Origin: Bacilli bacterium
GTDB lineage: Bacteria > Bacillota_I > Bacilli_A > RFN20 > CAG-826
Direction of reading: 5' to 3'
DNA: 57,329 nucleotides
Assembly: GCA_017447305.1 (NCBI GenBank)
Contig: JAFSNY010000039.1
Span: 1 to 57,329, forward strand
Position 1 is the first letter of the stretch, and the number at the start of each line of letters is the position of its first letter. The notes beneath the pieces are model-generated. The model had not been told where the DNA came from and did not search any database. It saw only the letters and a list, made by a program, of their open reading frames with translations. A program made the translations under genes and the position numbers. Shown piece by piece: positions 39,601 through 48,965 of the stretch.

Positions 39601-39747
39601 TTCTTCCCAATGGTTTATAAAGATGCGATAAGAATTACGGACAAAAATAATATCATCGCTATCAGTGGTCACTTTGAAGATAACAAAGGTGAAAAGAGTT
39701 TTATTGGTGAAAGTGTTAGCTTATTGGAGGAAATAGATCATGCCTAA
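36682..39747 (+). CDS. dnaE: DNA polymerase III alpha subunit DnaE
   Basis: RGSAAGS, FERFLNPAR, PDIDID, KMDFLGL and GFNKSHA motifs. Confidence 0.97.
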   Translation: MRFAPLHIYSAYSFLKSGLTTERIISSVMKNKYFGAAITDLGVMYGIPEFIKSMEKIKHPFVVGMEIELEGNHYGLYALNEEGYINLCKISSSIQNKSFDKNTLLEHKNGILSIVDTSLGEIKNKFEDVLLDETDLARYVNELSKMFEKFYLGVELKERNELEYVRTIRKFAKEHTYEKVAFPHIKYQNKDDAIVLTIVEAIANDEKITKKSETGNECFLTLEDYQRIYAADEMENTCKIIEMSTFNFHKKRGEMLHFTKSKSDTYLKTLCFDALKEKGLADNPLYIERLNYELDVIHSMGYDDYFLLVQDYVNWARSQNILVGLRGSAAGSLVTHLLGIAPLDPIENNLNFERFLNPARKTMPDIDIDFMDSRRNEVIEYCREKYGRDKVANIITYQSILAKQSLRDIGRIYDYPTRHIDLLSKTLSDPKLSLRESYRKIPAFKELVDSDKYFLEIVSFSSKIEGLIRQSGLHAAGIILNSNPISDILPVTYDLSDNIISQYEMGYLEEQGILKMDFLGLTHLSVVASCVELINERHPDAKLDLFHLPYDDEKTYEIIRSLQTMGIFQLESSGMKNAIKIIKPTTFNDVAALLALFRPGPMREIKSYSKRKAGLEPIPKMSKDQEKILGQTYGIIVYQEQISELAVAMAGMKMSDADNFRWAVSKKKIELLSSMKEAFINGSINNGYSKEEATDYYDRIEKFAFYGFNKSHAYGYALLSCQMAYLKAYYPLEFYSIILKSSSSTNDTKFNEYISEMKKRNIMIVSPNINRSSFDFEICDEGILFPLNAIRGINILTSEKIVEERKNGDFSDFFDFVGRMFIHKINESQISRLIDAGAFDELHPSRTSLRNSIQIALQYAELAYDENGQLSLSLGLEKPALVESKDDPIDNLDKEYEAIGIMLSDNPLRYKKEIIERENIYTIEQALLLEEENYRKTFKVAGIVRNKKVINTKAGSPMAFVKIFDETSEMEVIFFPMVYKDAIRITDKNNIIAISGHFEDNKGEKSFIGESVSLLEEIDHA

Positions 39748-42334
39748 ATTAATTGTCATTGATGGTTATTCGCTTCTCTTTAGAGCGTACTACGCGACCG
39801 CATATCCAGGCGTCGAGATTATGAGATGTAAAGATGGCACTCCTACCAACGCGATTTTTGCTTTCTCCAATATGATTAATAAGATTCTTTCTTCATTAAA
39901 GGAAGGAGAAGCTATTTTTGTTGCTTTAGATGCGGGTAAGCCAACCTTTAGACATGAAGCCATGGAAACATATAAGGCTAACCGTAAACCAGCACCTGAA
40001 GATTTAGTGCCACAGTTTGCTATCGTTAGAGAATTCTTAAACGCGATGAATATCTATAACTTCGAAGAAGAAGGTGTTGAAGGTGATGATATTGCAGGCA
40101 CAGTCGCAAAGAAAGCCGAAGCTGAAGGATATGATGTTTATATCTACACTTCTGACCGTGACTTTATCCAACTTGTCAGTGATAAGATTTCTATCAATGT
40201 TATTCGTAAGGGTTTATCCGATGTCGTAGTAATGACTCCTTCATTAGTCAAAGAAGAATATGGGTTCGAACCTCTCCAAATCATCGATTATAAAGGTTTA
40301 AGAGGAGACTCATCTGATAATCTTCCTGGCATTCCAGGTATCGGAGAAAAAACAGCGGTTAAATTAATCCAAGAATATGGAAACTTTGAAAATATCGTCG
40401 CTCACGCAGAAGAGATTGGCGGAAAAATTGGAAAGAGTTTAATCGAGAATCAAGAGACGGGAAGACTTTGTCGTGATCTTGCGATTATTAAAACTGATGT
40501 TGAACTTCCATTTAGCATCGAAGATACGATTTATCATGGTTATTCATTTGAAAAAATCAACACTTTTGCGCAGAGATATGAACTAAAACAATTCATTTCC
40601 AAAGTCGCTCCTAAATGGAAAAAAGCTGATGAAACAATCACCGATTTAAAAGCGGAAGTTTTAACCTCTTTTGCTGATATTAAAAAACCTGAAGAACTAT
40701 CGATCGCTATCGACTTAGAAGGCGAAGATTATACGAGAGACGCTCTTATTGGTATCGCAATTAATGTTAACGGTCGTCACATCTACATGAGAATTGAAGA
40801 TGTCGTTAAAGATGAATACCTGAAAGCGATATTAAAAGATACAGACGTCAAGAAATATTGTTATGATTTCAAAGCAGTTAAGGTTGCTTTATCAAGATAC
40901 GACATTGAAATAGATGGCTGCATCTTTGATTTACTTCTTGCTGCCTATTTACTCGATCCTTCACCAAAGAGTGATGTTAATAGCGTCATGAATTTCTTTG
41001 GTGTTGATATTCCTAAATCTCAGGAAGTAAGTTTATTACAAGAATTCAATCCTCAAAGACCATTAAGAATTGCATTTTATTCGAGGATGCTATACGAAAA
41101 AGTGAAGAAAGAGATGCAAAAGACTGAAGTTTTAGACTTATTTAATACTTTAGAAATGCCTCTTGCGAACACTTTAGCGAAAATGGAAATTGAAGGTTTT
41201 CCGCTTGATTCAAAGACCCTCGATTCTTTTGGAGATGAATACCGCGCTAAGATGGCGGAATATGAAGAATTAATTTATAAACTCGCTGGATATAAATTCA
41301 ATCTTAATTCTCCAAAACAATTAGGAGAACTACTCTTTGATAAATTAGGACTTCCAAATAATAAGAAAGGATCCACTTCTGTTGAAGTATTAAAAGACCT
41401 TATCGATAAACATCCAATCGTTCCTTTAATTATGGAATATCGGAAATACTTTAAGCTTGTTTCCACTTATATTGATGGACTAAAGCCTCACATTTTAAAG
41501 GACGGAAAAATCCATGCGAAATTCAATCAAGCTTTAACCTCCACTGGGCGTTTGTCATCAAGCGAACCAAACTTACAAAATATCTCGATTCGTGACGAGG
41601 AAGGAAAGATGATTAGGAAAGCATTTTTCTATCCTGATGATAATATAGAAATCCTTTCATTAGATTATTCACAAATTGAACTTAGAATCCTTGCTTCTTT
41701 ATCAAAATGTAAAGGATTACAAGAGATCTTTGAATCTGGAGAAGATATCCATTCCGCGACCGCGAAAAAAGTATTCCACCTCGAAGGAGAACCAACCGCT
41801 AGTCAAAGAAGACAAGCCAAAGCGGTGAACTTTGGAATTATCTATGGAATATCAGATTGGGGACTTTCCGAACAAATTGGAACTAGCGTTGTTGAAGCAA
41901 GAGCGATTATTAATCAGTTCTACGCCTCTTTCCCAGAAGTTATGGATTTCTTTAAGAGCATTATCGCTAATGCGACCAAAGATGGATATGTTTCCACGAT
42001 TTTAGGTCGTAGAAGATATTTAAGAGAGCTTAATGATTCTAACTATGCGACACGAGAATTTGCTAAACGAGCGGCGATGAACGCTCCTATTCAAGGAAGC
42101 GCTGCTGATTTAATTAAACTTGCAATGATAAAAGTTGATAAACTATTAGAAGAATACAATTTGCAAACTAAAATGGTTTGCCAAATCCACGATGAACTTA
42201 TCTTTAAAGTTCCTAAAGAAGAAAAAGAAAAAGTTTATGGTCTTGTTAAAGAGACAATGGAACATGCGATGGAGCTTGATGTTAGTCTTGAAGTCGATGG
42301 AGGATTTGGCAAAGATTGGTACGATGCTAAATAG
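39740..42334 (+). CDS. polA: DNA polymerase I
   Basis: 5'-3' exonuclease domain, TGRLSS, DYSQIELR, KAVNFGIIYG and QIHDEL motifs. Confidence 0.97.
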   Translation: MPKLIVIDGYSLLFRAYYATAYPGVEIMRCKDGTPTNAIFAFSNMINKILSSLKEGEAIFVALDAGKPTFRHEAMETYKANRKPAPEDLVPQFAIVREFLNAMNIYNFEEEGVEGDDIAGTVAKKAEAEGYDVYIYTSDRDFIQLVSDKISINVIRKGLSDVVVMTPSLVKEEYGFEPLQIIDYKGLRGDSSDNLPGIPGIGEKTAVKLIQEYGNFENIVAHAEEIGGKIGKSLIENQETGRLCRDLAIIKTDVELPFSIEDTIYHGYSFEKINTFAQRYELKQFISKVAPKWKKADETITDLKAEVLTSFADIKKPEELSIAIDLEGEDYTRDALIGIAINVNGRHIYMRIEDVVKDEYLKAILKDTDVKKYCYDFKAVKVALSRYDIEIDGCIFDLLLAAYLLDPSPKSDVNSVMNFFGVDIPKSQEVSLLQEFNPQRPLRIAFYSRMLYEKVKKEMQKTEVLDLFNTLEMPLANTLAKMEIEGFPLDSKTLDSFGDEYRAKMAEYEELIYKLAGYKFNLNSPKQLGELLFDKLGLPNNKKGSTSVEVLKDLIDKHPIVPLIMEYRKYFKLVSTYIDGLKPHILKDGKIHAKFNQALTSTGRLSSSEPNLQNISIRDEEGKMIRKAFFYPDDNIEILSLDYSQIELRILASLSKCKGLQEIFESGEDIHSATAKKVFHLEGEPTASQRRQAKAVNFGIIYGISDWGLSEQIGTSVVEARAIINQFYASFPEVMDFFKSIIANATKDGYVSTILGRRRYLRELNDSNYATREFAKRAAMNAPIQGSAADLIKLAMIKVDKLLEEYNLQTKMVCQIHDELIFKVPKEEKEKVYGLVKETMEHAMELDVSLEVDGGFGKDWYDAK

Positions 42335-42342
42335 GAGAAGAT

Positions 42343-43755
42343 ATGCCTGAACTACCAGAAGTAGAAACGATTAAAAACCTTCTTAAACCTCAACTTGTTA
42401 ATCGTAAGATTATAAGGGTTGATATTTTAAGAGAGAAAACAATCCTTGGAGATCCAAATGTTTTTAAATCTTCTTTGGAAGGAGAGATGTTTTTAGATGT
42501 TTCTCGTATTGGTAAATATTTAATCTTCCATTTAACTAATGAAATTGTCTTTATTTCCCATCTTCGTATGGAAGGGAAATATTTTGAATATCATAAAGAT
42601 GAACCAAGCACAAAACATGCGCGAGTTATCTTTTATTTAGATGATGATAGAAAGATTATCTATGATGACTCTCGCTGCTTTGGAATTATGAAATTATCAA
42701 ATGAAAAGTCCTATAAAAATGAAGAAGAAATATCTAAATTAGGACCAGAACCATTTGATATAAAAGATGTCGATTATCTAATTAAGAAAACAAAGAAATC
42801 GGCCTTACCAATCAAGAGTGTTCTTTTAGATCAAACGATTATGACCGGTTTAGGAAATATCTATGTTGATGAAACACTATTTAGAAGTAAAGTTCACCCA
42901 CTTAGAAAAGTTAATTCCATCACTAAAGATGAATGGAAAAAGATATTAGATGATTCCATCCTCGTTTTAAATAATTCCATCAAAGCGGGCGGATCCACAA
43001 TCCGTTCATATCACCCAGGAAAAGGAATCGATGGAAACTTCCAAACCGAGCTTCTTTGCTATGGACACAAAGGAGAGAAATGTCCAGAATGTGGACACGT
43101 CTTCCACTTCATTAAAGTTGGTGGCAGAGGAACGACATTCTGCCCGATGTGTCAAGTAGAAAAGAAGGATAAATTAGTTATCGGAGTAACTGGTAGAATG
43201 GCCGCGGGAAAAAGTGCGTTATTAGAGTATGTCAAATCACTTGGTTATCCAATCATTTCATCCGATGATATCGTCGAGGAACTTTATCAATCGAATGGAG
43301 ATATATATCAATTAATTAGTGAAAAACTTAATATTTCATTTGAGAGAAATTATGTCGATAAGGCTGTTTTAAGGGAACATCTCATCAAGCATCCTAAAGA
43401 TAAATCTAAATTAGAAAAAATCGTTCATCCTCTCGTGAGGAAATATATTAATAAATGGGTTAACGTACAACATGGTGGATTAATCTTTGTTGAAGTGCCT
43501 CTTTTATATGAATCTAAGATGGAAGAAGACTTTGATTTTATCATCGCTTTAGATGTTAATTTAGATATTCAAAAAGAAAGATTAAAAAAGAGGAACGAGT
43601 CCTCTTATCATGATTTGTTAATTATTAATCGCAATAACGCTTTTGACGATTATTCTCACCTTGTTGATTTCCTTATAAATAATAATAAAGATAAAGAGGA
43701 TTTATATCGTCAAATCGATAAGGTGATTAATACACTCCAACATCACCTAAACTAA
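42343..43755 (+). CDS. mutM: fused formamidopyrimidine-DNA glycosylase MutM / dephospho-CoA kinase CoaE
   Basis: PELPEVE, HLRMEG, GLGNIYVDE and CxxC zinc finger, then in frame IGVTGRMAAGKS, LEKIVHP and EVPLLYE. Confidence 0.9.
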   Translation: MPELPEVETIKNLLKPQLVNRKIIRVDILREKTILGDPNVFKSSLEGEMFLDVSRIGKYLIFHLTNEIVFISHLRMEGKYFEYHKDEPSTKHARVIFYLDDDRKIIYDDSRCFGIMKLSNEKSYKNEEEISKLGPEPFDIKDVDYLIKKTKKSALPIKSVLLDQTIMTGLGNIYVDETLFRSKVHPLRKVNSITKDEWKKILDDSILVLNNSIKAGGSTIRSYHPGKGIDGNFQTELLCYGHKGEKCPECGHVFHFIKVGGRGTTFCPMCQVEKKDKLVIGVTGRMAAGKSALLEYVKSLGYPIISSDDIVEELYQSNGDIYQLISEKLNISFERNYVDKAVLREHLIKHPKDKSKLEKIVHPLVRKYINKWVNVQHGGLIFVEVPLLYESKMEEDFDFIIALDVNLDIQKERLKKRNESSYHDLLIINRNNAFDDYSHLVDFLINNNKDKEDLYRQIDKVINTLQHHLN

Positions 43756-44635
43756 TTTCTTTTTTACATTCGTTTCGAATGATTTTGAAGATTCTTTCCG
43801 CCTGAATTTGGGCGATTTTATTTACGGAATAAAGCGTTTCAATTTGCTCGATTGAATAGTCGGAAGTAAAGATGGTAAATAACTTCTTAGCACTTCTTTT
43901 GATAATGATTTGCATGAGGATAGCGTCTCTAACGAAATCATTTTTATATTCACTACCGAAATCATCGATAACTAAGACTTGGCATGTCGAATATAAATCG
44001 AGCATTTCTTGGAACTTTCTCTTGTTGCTATAGGAGAGGTCGTTAAGCTCTTTAAATCTTAAAGCGGAATTCATAAAGCAAAGAGGGCCTTTCTTTTGTC
44101 TAGCGATATCAACAGCAATACTCGCGGCTAAATAACTTCTTCCGGTATTTGCTTCACCATTGATGAAAATCCATTCATCGGAGACATCTTTAAGATAGTT
44201 AACGTATTTTTTGATGACTTCTTTTCTGGCTTTCGTTTGATCAATTAAACTCAAGTCGTTAGCGATCCAAGCGTCATCAAAATCTCTCACTCTGAATTTA
44301 CCTTCGATTTCCACTTTGTCCAAAACTCTTTTACAAGGGGTCAATTCCCTTTCTAAAAAGCCAAAGTGATAAACGAGTTTGGTGATTAACAAAGGATTGT
44401 CTTTTTTACAATTTTCAATGCCTGGACATTTTGAACAGTAATTTAAATCCTTAACAAGGTCATAGACTTTGACGATGTTTTTCTCAATTACATCATCTGG
44501 CACTCCTAAGTCTTTGAGATATTTAATGGCTTTTGGACAATCAAGATATGCTTGTTTCATCTTGATGTACATCTCTTCATCATCTAGAGATGAAAGGATA
44601 TTTAAATCTCTAATTTTGTCTTTAACATTATCCAT
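43727..44635 (-). CDS. dnaI: primosomal helicase loader DnaI
   Basis: CSKC...C zinc region, Walker A-like GEANTGRS, VIDDFGSE and TIFTS; ATG at 44635 after RBS ggagg. Confidence 0.85.
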   Translation of the reverse strand: MDNVKDKIRDLNILSSLDDEEMYIKMKQAYLDCPKAIKYLKDLGVPDDVIEKNIVKVYDLVKDLNYCSKCPGIENCKKDNPLLITKLVYHFGFLERELTPCKRVLDKVEIEGKFRVRDFDDAWIANDLSLIDQTKARKEVIKKYVNYLKDVSDEWIFINGEANTGRSYLAASIAVDIARQKKGPLCFMNSALRFKELNDLSYSNKRKFQEMLDLYSTCQVLVIDDFGSEYKNDFVRDAILMQIIIKRSAKKLFTIFTSDYSIEQIETLYSVNKIAQIQAERIFKIIRNECKKEISLGDVGVY

Positions 44636-45905
44636 CTCGTTCGCCTCCTCTGATATCATTCATTAGTTCATCCCAAGAAACATCATCTTCTTCGGATTCT
44701 TCCACTATCTCTTCTTTAGTTTCATTAGTCGTGGATTTGACTTCCTTGGTTTCTTTCTTTCGTTTATTCTTTGTTATCTTTTTAAGATAATTCATCGCAT
44801 CAATAACGGTGGTTATTCCTTCTCGAGCTAAAGAAGCAGCGATCTTCTCGGTGTAAGCTCTAGAAAGGATATTATTGTTGACCGTTAGGACATAATCGAT
44901 GAGGGCATTAATTACACCGGGGGTAAGATGGAATTTTGCACTGAGGTCATCGATTAAGCGAAGATCGCTGCTTGCAGGGGTAGCCCCGCCTTGAAGGATG
45001 GTCAGAAACTCCTTGGGGGAAAGAGTTTCCATCAGATTAATCTTATGTGCTAGGTCACTATCACTAGTCACCTTTGCAGTCTCTTTTCGATGCATTGATG
45101 ATAAGAAGCTGTAATTGGTTTCATTTTGAAGCATGGTTGCCATCTTCTTAAAATCAATACGATTACCTTTAGGTAGGCTTGGATCATATAAGTGACTAAC
45201 GATATTCGCCGCGCTTAATTCATCCACACCATAAAGGGCACATTGTCTTTCGATTTCTTTGAGTTCTTTTTTCGTTAAGCTATCTTGGGTAATTTGTGAG
45301 ATAGACGCTAAAGCTTCAAAGAAACGATCATAGTTGAATTCGGAGTCGATCTTTGCGGTTTTCCTTCCACGATTCTTCGATTCCTTAAGTGTCTTAGCAA
45401 AGATTGGATCGTCGAAGTCTGGATGGAATTCTTCTCCGAATGACTTAGAGATTTCCACTCCTTTTTCTTCATCGACATCTTCGTTGTAGATTGACTTTAG
45501 TCTGTTAGCGTCTTTTTCTCCGATATACTTAATGAGCATTCCGTATAGGAGTGTATTATCGAAGAAGGACTTTGGAGTTTTTGGAGCGTATATCTCGTAA
45601 TAGTAAGTTTTGATTTCTTCAGCAGCGCCTGAGAGGAAGGTTTTAAGTAATCCCACCGCTTCTAATGCGCCTCTTGCTTTTAAAAACTCCTGGGTCGAGA
45701 TTTGCATTCTCACTAATAGTTGCTCATGAGTGGAAACATTGGTAATCTTTTGGTTTTTTGCCTCATAAAGTAAGGACATGTAAAGAGCGCTACCAGATGC
45801 TCCAATCAGAGGTTGATATAAGTTAAAAATCGTTTCCTTATCGTAATCGGCGATGAGGGATTTTCTTTTAACTTGGAAGATGTCGTTTGGTGAGAGGATA
45901 ATCAT
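44628..45905 (-). CDS. dnaB: replication initiation/membrane attachment protein DnaB (Bacillota type)
   Basis: LYQPLIG, LEAVGLLKTF, GVINALIDYVL and YTEKIAASL motifs; coupled to dnaI. Confidence 0.88.
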   Translation of the reverse strand: MIILSPNDIFQVKRKSLIADYDKETIFNLYQPLIGASGSALYMSLLYEAKNQKITNVSTHEQLLVRMQISTQEFLKARGALEAVGLLKTFLSGAAEEIKTYYYEIYAPKTPKSFFDNTLLYGMLIKYIGEKDANRLKSIYNEDVDEEKGVEISKSFGEEFHPDFDDPIFAKTLKESKNRGRKTAKIDSEFNYDRFFEALASISQITQDSLTKKELKEIERQCALYGVDELSAANIVSHLYDPSLPKGNRIDFKKMATMLQNETNYSFLSSMHRKETAKVTSDSDLAHKINLMETLSPKEFLTILQGGATPASSDLRLIDDLSAKFHLTPGVINALIDYVLTVNNNILSRAYTEKIAASLAREGITTVIDAMNYLKKITKNKRKKETKEVKSTTNETKEEIVEESEEDDVSWDELMNDIRGGERDG

Positions 45906-45938
45906 AAAGTAGTGATATTTTTAACTAGAAAGATAAAT

Positions 45939-46071
45939 CTTTCAACAAATAAAAGTTACCCACATATACGCGGATACACTTATCCACATAGGGTGTTTTT
46001 ATTGTATCTTTGATACAAGTGCGTTTTTTCACATTTTTTTAAGAATTATCCACATAAAAATTTGTGGAGAA
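45939..46071. promoter_or_regulatory. DnaA-box cluster upstream of dnaB
   Basis: Perfect TTATCCACA at 45980 and 46046; 1-mismatch boxes at 45956 and 46063 (reverse); weaker ones at 45939 and 46025. Confidence 0.75.
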
Positions 46072-46262
46072 ATAATATCTTCATCTCTAAAAAAGTTGTG
46101 TTAGTAGACTAACGTAATATGATACACTAATAAAAAAGAGGTAAAAGATTTCAAAAATCATCGATTTTATGAAGAATCATTCTGTAAAAAGTGAACACTT
46201 ATCATCGTTGTTGTTTGGAATGTTTTTATCCTTTTTGCTTGGTTGAGAATAGGGCGTGAATA

Positions 46263-46739
46263 ATGAATAAATTTTTTCAACTTTTGCTAAAAAACAAAAC
46301 TCAATTCATTTTGAGAATTTCGTTATTGCTTTTCACAACTTTACTTATCATCGTCTCGGTTTATAACTTGCATTTTCCTTTGATAAGAAGCGTATCTAAA
46401 TACGATGGTTTGCCTGATGTTTATAAGTTATTATTCTATAGCCTTGCGATTGGATCTAATGTCTATAATGCACACCAAAGTGAAGTGTATGATTTTATCC
46501 TAGATTCAATGGCGATTGAATGTATTGTCGTATCAACGATTTTCATGATCCTTCAAATTTCTAATTTGATTAAGAAGAGAACTAGCATTACTTATCCACT
46601 ATTTTTAGTGGGATTTATCATTCACTTTATATGTAGATTATCAAACAACGAATCAAAGGTATTTATAGTACTATTTTTAGCGGTTTTCGCCTTGATATTT
46701 TTTGCCATATTTTTCTTTCTTATATCACTACTCAGTTAA
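46263..46739 (+). CDS. hypothetical membrane protein (possibly 5' part of a frameshifted gene)
   Basis: 158 aa with four hydrophobic segments. Confidence 0.55.
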   Translation: MNKFFQLLLKNKTQFILRISLLLFTTLLIIVSVYNLHFPLIRSVSKYDGLPDVYKLLFYSLAIGSNVYNAHQSEVYDFILDSMAIECIVVSTIFMILQISNLIKKRTSITYPLFLVGFIIHFICRLSNNESKVFIVLFLAVFALIFFAIFFFLISLLS

Positions 46740-47814
46740 GGAAATGTCTATCGAGCAGAAAACAAGACTATACTATTTTGAAAATCGTTTCTCTTTATTA
46801 TTTTTTGCATTCTCTTCAGTGATCATGGTCTCCGTTTTGTTAAGGAGATTCGCTAAAGCATTGGCCGCTGCACTTTGGGGTGATAGCAACATTGAGAATT
46901 TTAACGAGATCGATTCAGTATTAATCGGGTATCACACTTTTCTAAGAATACCATCATTGTTTCAAGTTATTTTCATCGTCAATTTTGTGTTTTTGATCTT
47001 TACAGTATTCAGAAATTACAAATTTAAGATACAAAATATCGCTAAAAAGAGTTATTCGCTTTTAGATAAAATTGAAATAGCTTTAAAAGCTTTGTTAATT
47101 GTTCTTAGCTTCGTTTGTATTGTTTATGTTTTAGGGTTCGACATTTTTGAATATCGCTTTTTTCAAGGTCAAAATAATTTGCTAATCATCCTTCCACTGA
47201 TGATGAATTTTAATACTTTGGGTTGCTCTTCTTTTGCAACTAACTTTGCTATGGAATTCTTATATTTCATGTTGGTAATAAACTTATTCTTTTTCCTAAG
47301 TGTGTTGGTCGTTAATGGAATTAAAAAAGAAAAGAATTATATTTTTGAATCAATTGCATATTCCTTAATGCTTCCATATCTAATCTACTTTATTAAAATC
47401 GAGTATTTTTTAAGTCTAACGGGTCTTAGTTCAATTAATTATGCATTTTTTAATGGGTTATTTAATTGTCTAATATCGATATTGTTACTTCCGTTTCCAC
47501 TATTTTTTATCTATAGAAAGTATAAAGATTCAGATTCAAAGACTTTTCTAAAAGATTCGATTAAGTCCACCATAATTGTGGGTTCAATCGTAACTATATC
47601 AATCCTATTTAATTTGATAATTTTTATCATCGTTAATAAATTTGACAACCCTTCTGAATTAATACTTTGTTTTAAAGATAATTATCATCTAAACATTTCT
47701 GAAAGATTAATTGCCCCAGTTTTCTTTATATCAATACCACCACTAGTGTCCTTAGTTTGGGCTTTGATTAATTATCATCGACAAAGCAATACAAATACTA
47801 TAATCAATAACTAA
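46702..47814 (+). CDS. hypothetical polytopic membrane protein (possibly 3' part of the same gene)
   Basis: 370 aa, very hydrophobic, overlaps the previous ORF at a T6 run. Confidence 0.6.
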   Translation: MPYFSFLYHYSVKEMSIEQKTRLYYFENRFSLLFFAFSSVIMVSVLLRRFAKALAAALWGDSNIENFNEIDSVLIGYHTFLRIPSLFQVIFIVNFVFLIFTVFRNYKFKIQNIAKKSYSLLDKIEIALKALLIVLSFVCIVYVLGFDIFEYRFFQGQNNLLIILPLMMNFNTLGCSSFATNFAMEFLYFMLVINLFFFLSVLVVNGIKKEKNYIFESIAYSLMLPYLIYFIKIEYFLSLTGLSSINYAFFNGLFNCLISILLLPFPLFFIYRKYKDSDSKTFLKDSIKSTIIVGSIVTISILFNLIIFIIVNKFDNPSELILCFKDNYHLNISERLIAPVFFISIPPLVSLVWALINYHRQSNTNTIINN

Positions 47815-47914
47815 TTACGAAATTATTTATATATTTCGTGTTTTTACTTTAATTTTCGTTTATATAAATATAAAATGTTTTTGTATTTCGATTTGTTTAC
47901 ATAAGGAGAATGTT

Positions 47915-48874
47915 ATGGTTAGAAAAATCGCAATCTTAACAAGTGGAGGCGACGCTCCAGGAATGAATGCAGCGTTAAGAGTTTGCATTCGTGCCGGTCT
48001 ATATTACGGCAAGGAGATGTATGTTATCTATGATGGATTTAGAGGCCTTGTTGAAGGTGACATCCACCAAGTTAACAAAGACTTCACACAAGACATCATT
48101 AATAGAGGCGGAACAATTATCCGTTCTGCACGTTTGCCAGAATTTAAAGAACCAGAAGTTATTAAGAAAGCCATCGATGTCTTAACAGACTTTGAAATTG
48201 ATGCCTTAATCGGTATCGGTGGAGATGGTACTTTCCGTGGTTTAAATGATTTAGCAAAAGCTGGATTCCCATGTGTTGGTGTTCCTGCCACTATCGATAA
48301 CGATGTCGGAAGTACTGATCAAACCATTGGTTTTTCCACCGCTTTGAACACTATTTGTGATTGCATCGATAAACTTAAAGATACATCCTCATCCCATCAA
48401 CGTTGTTCCTTAATCGAAGTTATGGGAAGACACTGTGGCGACCTTGCAATGTATGCAGCGTTAGCCGAAGGCGCCGAAGGTGTTATCTGTGTTGAACATC
48501 CATTAAAGAAAGAACAACTCTTCAAAAAACTTAGAAAGATGAAAGCACAAAACAAGAACCACGCCATCATCATCGTTTCTGAAAACTTACTCGATATCAA
48601 CGCTTTAGCCGCTGAAGTTGAAAAGGAAACTGGATTCACCGCTAGAACTGAAGTTCTTGGTCGTTTACAAAGAGGTGGTTCACCAACCGCTAACGATAGA
48701 ATCCTGGCAACCAGATTATCCGCTCGTGCTATCGATATCGTTATTAAAGAAGAAGGATCCAAGATTGTTGGAATGAAGAACAACGCTGTTGTTGATTATC
48801 CAATCCAAGATGCGGTCAACATGAAGCATGAATACGTTCATGGCTTACGTGATCTCATCGATATGCTCCAATAA
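47915..48874 (+). CDS. pfkA: 6-phosphofructokinase
   Basis: TSGGDAPGMN, GGDGT, PATIDND, EVMGRHCG and QRGG motifs. Confidence 0.97.
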   Translation: MVRKIAILTSGGDAPGMNAALRVCIRAGLYYGKEMYVIYDGFRGLVEGDIHQVNKDFTQDIINRGGTIIRSARLPEFKEPEVIKKAIDVLTDFEIDALIGIGGDGTFRGLNDLAKAGFPCVGVPATIDNDVGSTDQTIGFSTALNTICDCIDKLKDTSSSHQRCSLIEVMGRHCGDLAMYAALAEGAEGVICVEHPLKKEQLFKKLRKMKAQNKNHAIIIVSENLLDINALAAEVEKETGFTARTEVLGRLQRGGSPTANDRILATRLSARAIDIVIKEEGSKIVGMKNNAVVDYPIQDAVNMKHEYVHGLRDLIDMLQ

Positions 48875-48965
48875 TTTATCGAATTACTGAATCAACTTGA
48901 TTCACTATCAAATATTTAAGAATACAAAAGAAGCCCGCTATTGTATTGCGGAGGAGATTTTAACT

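Noticed and set aside
45939-46100. oriC
   Set aside because: No dnaA/dnaN/rpmH nearby and GC skew cannot be judged from this window; kept only as a DnaA-box cluster.
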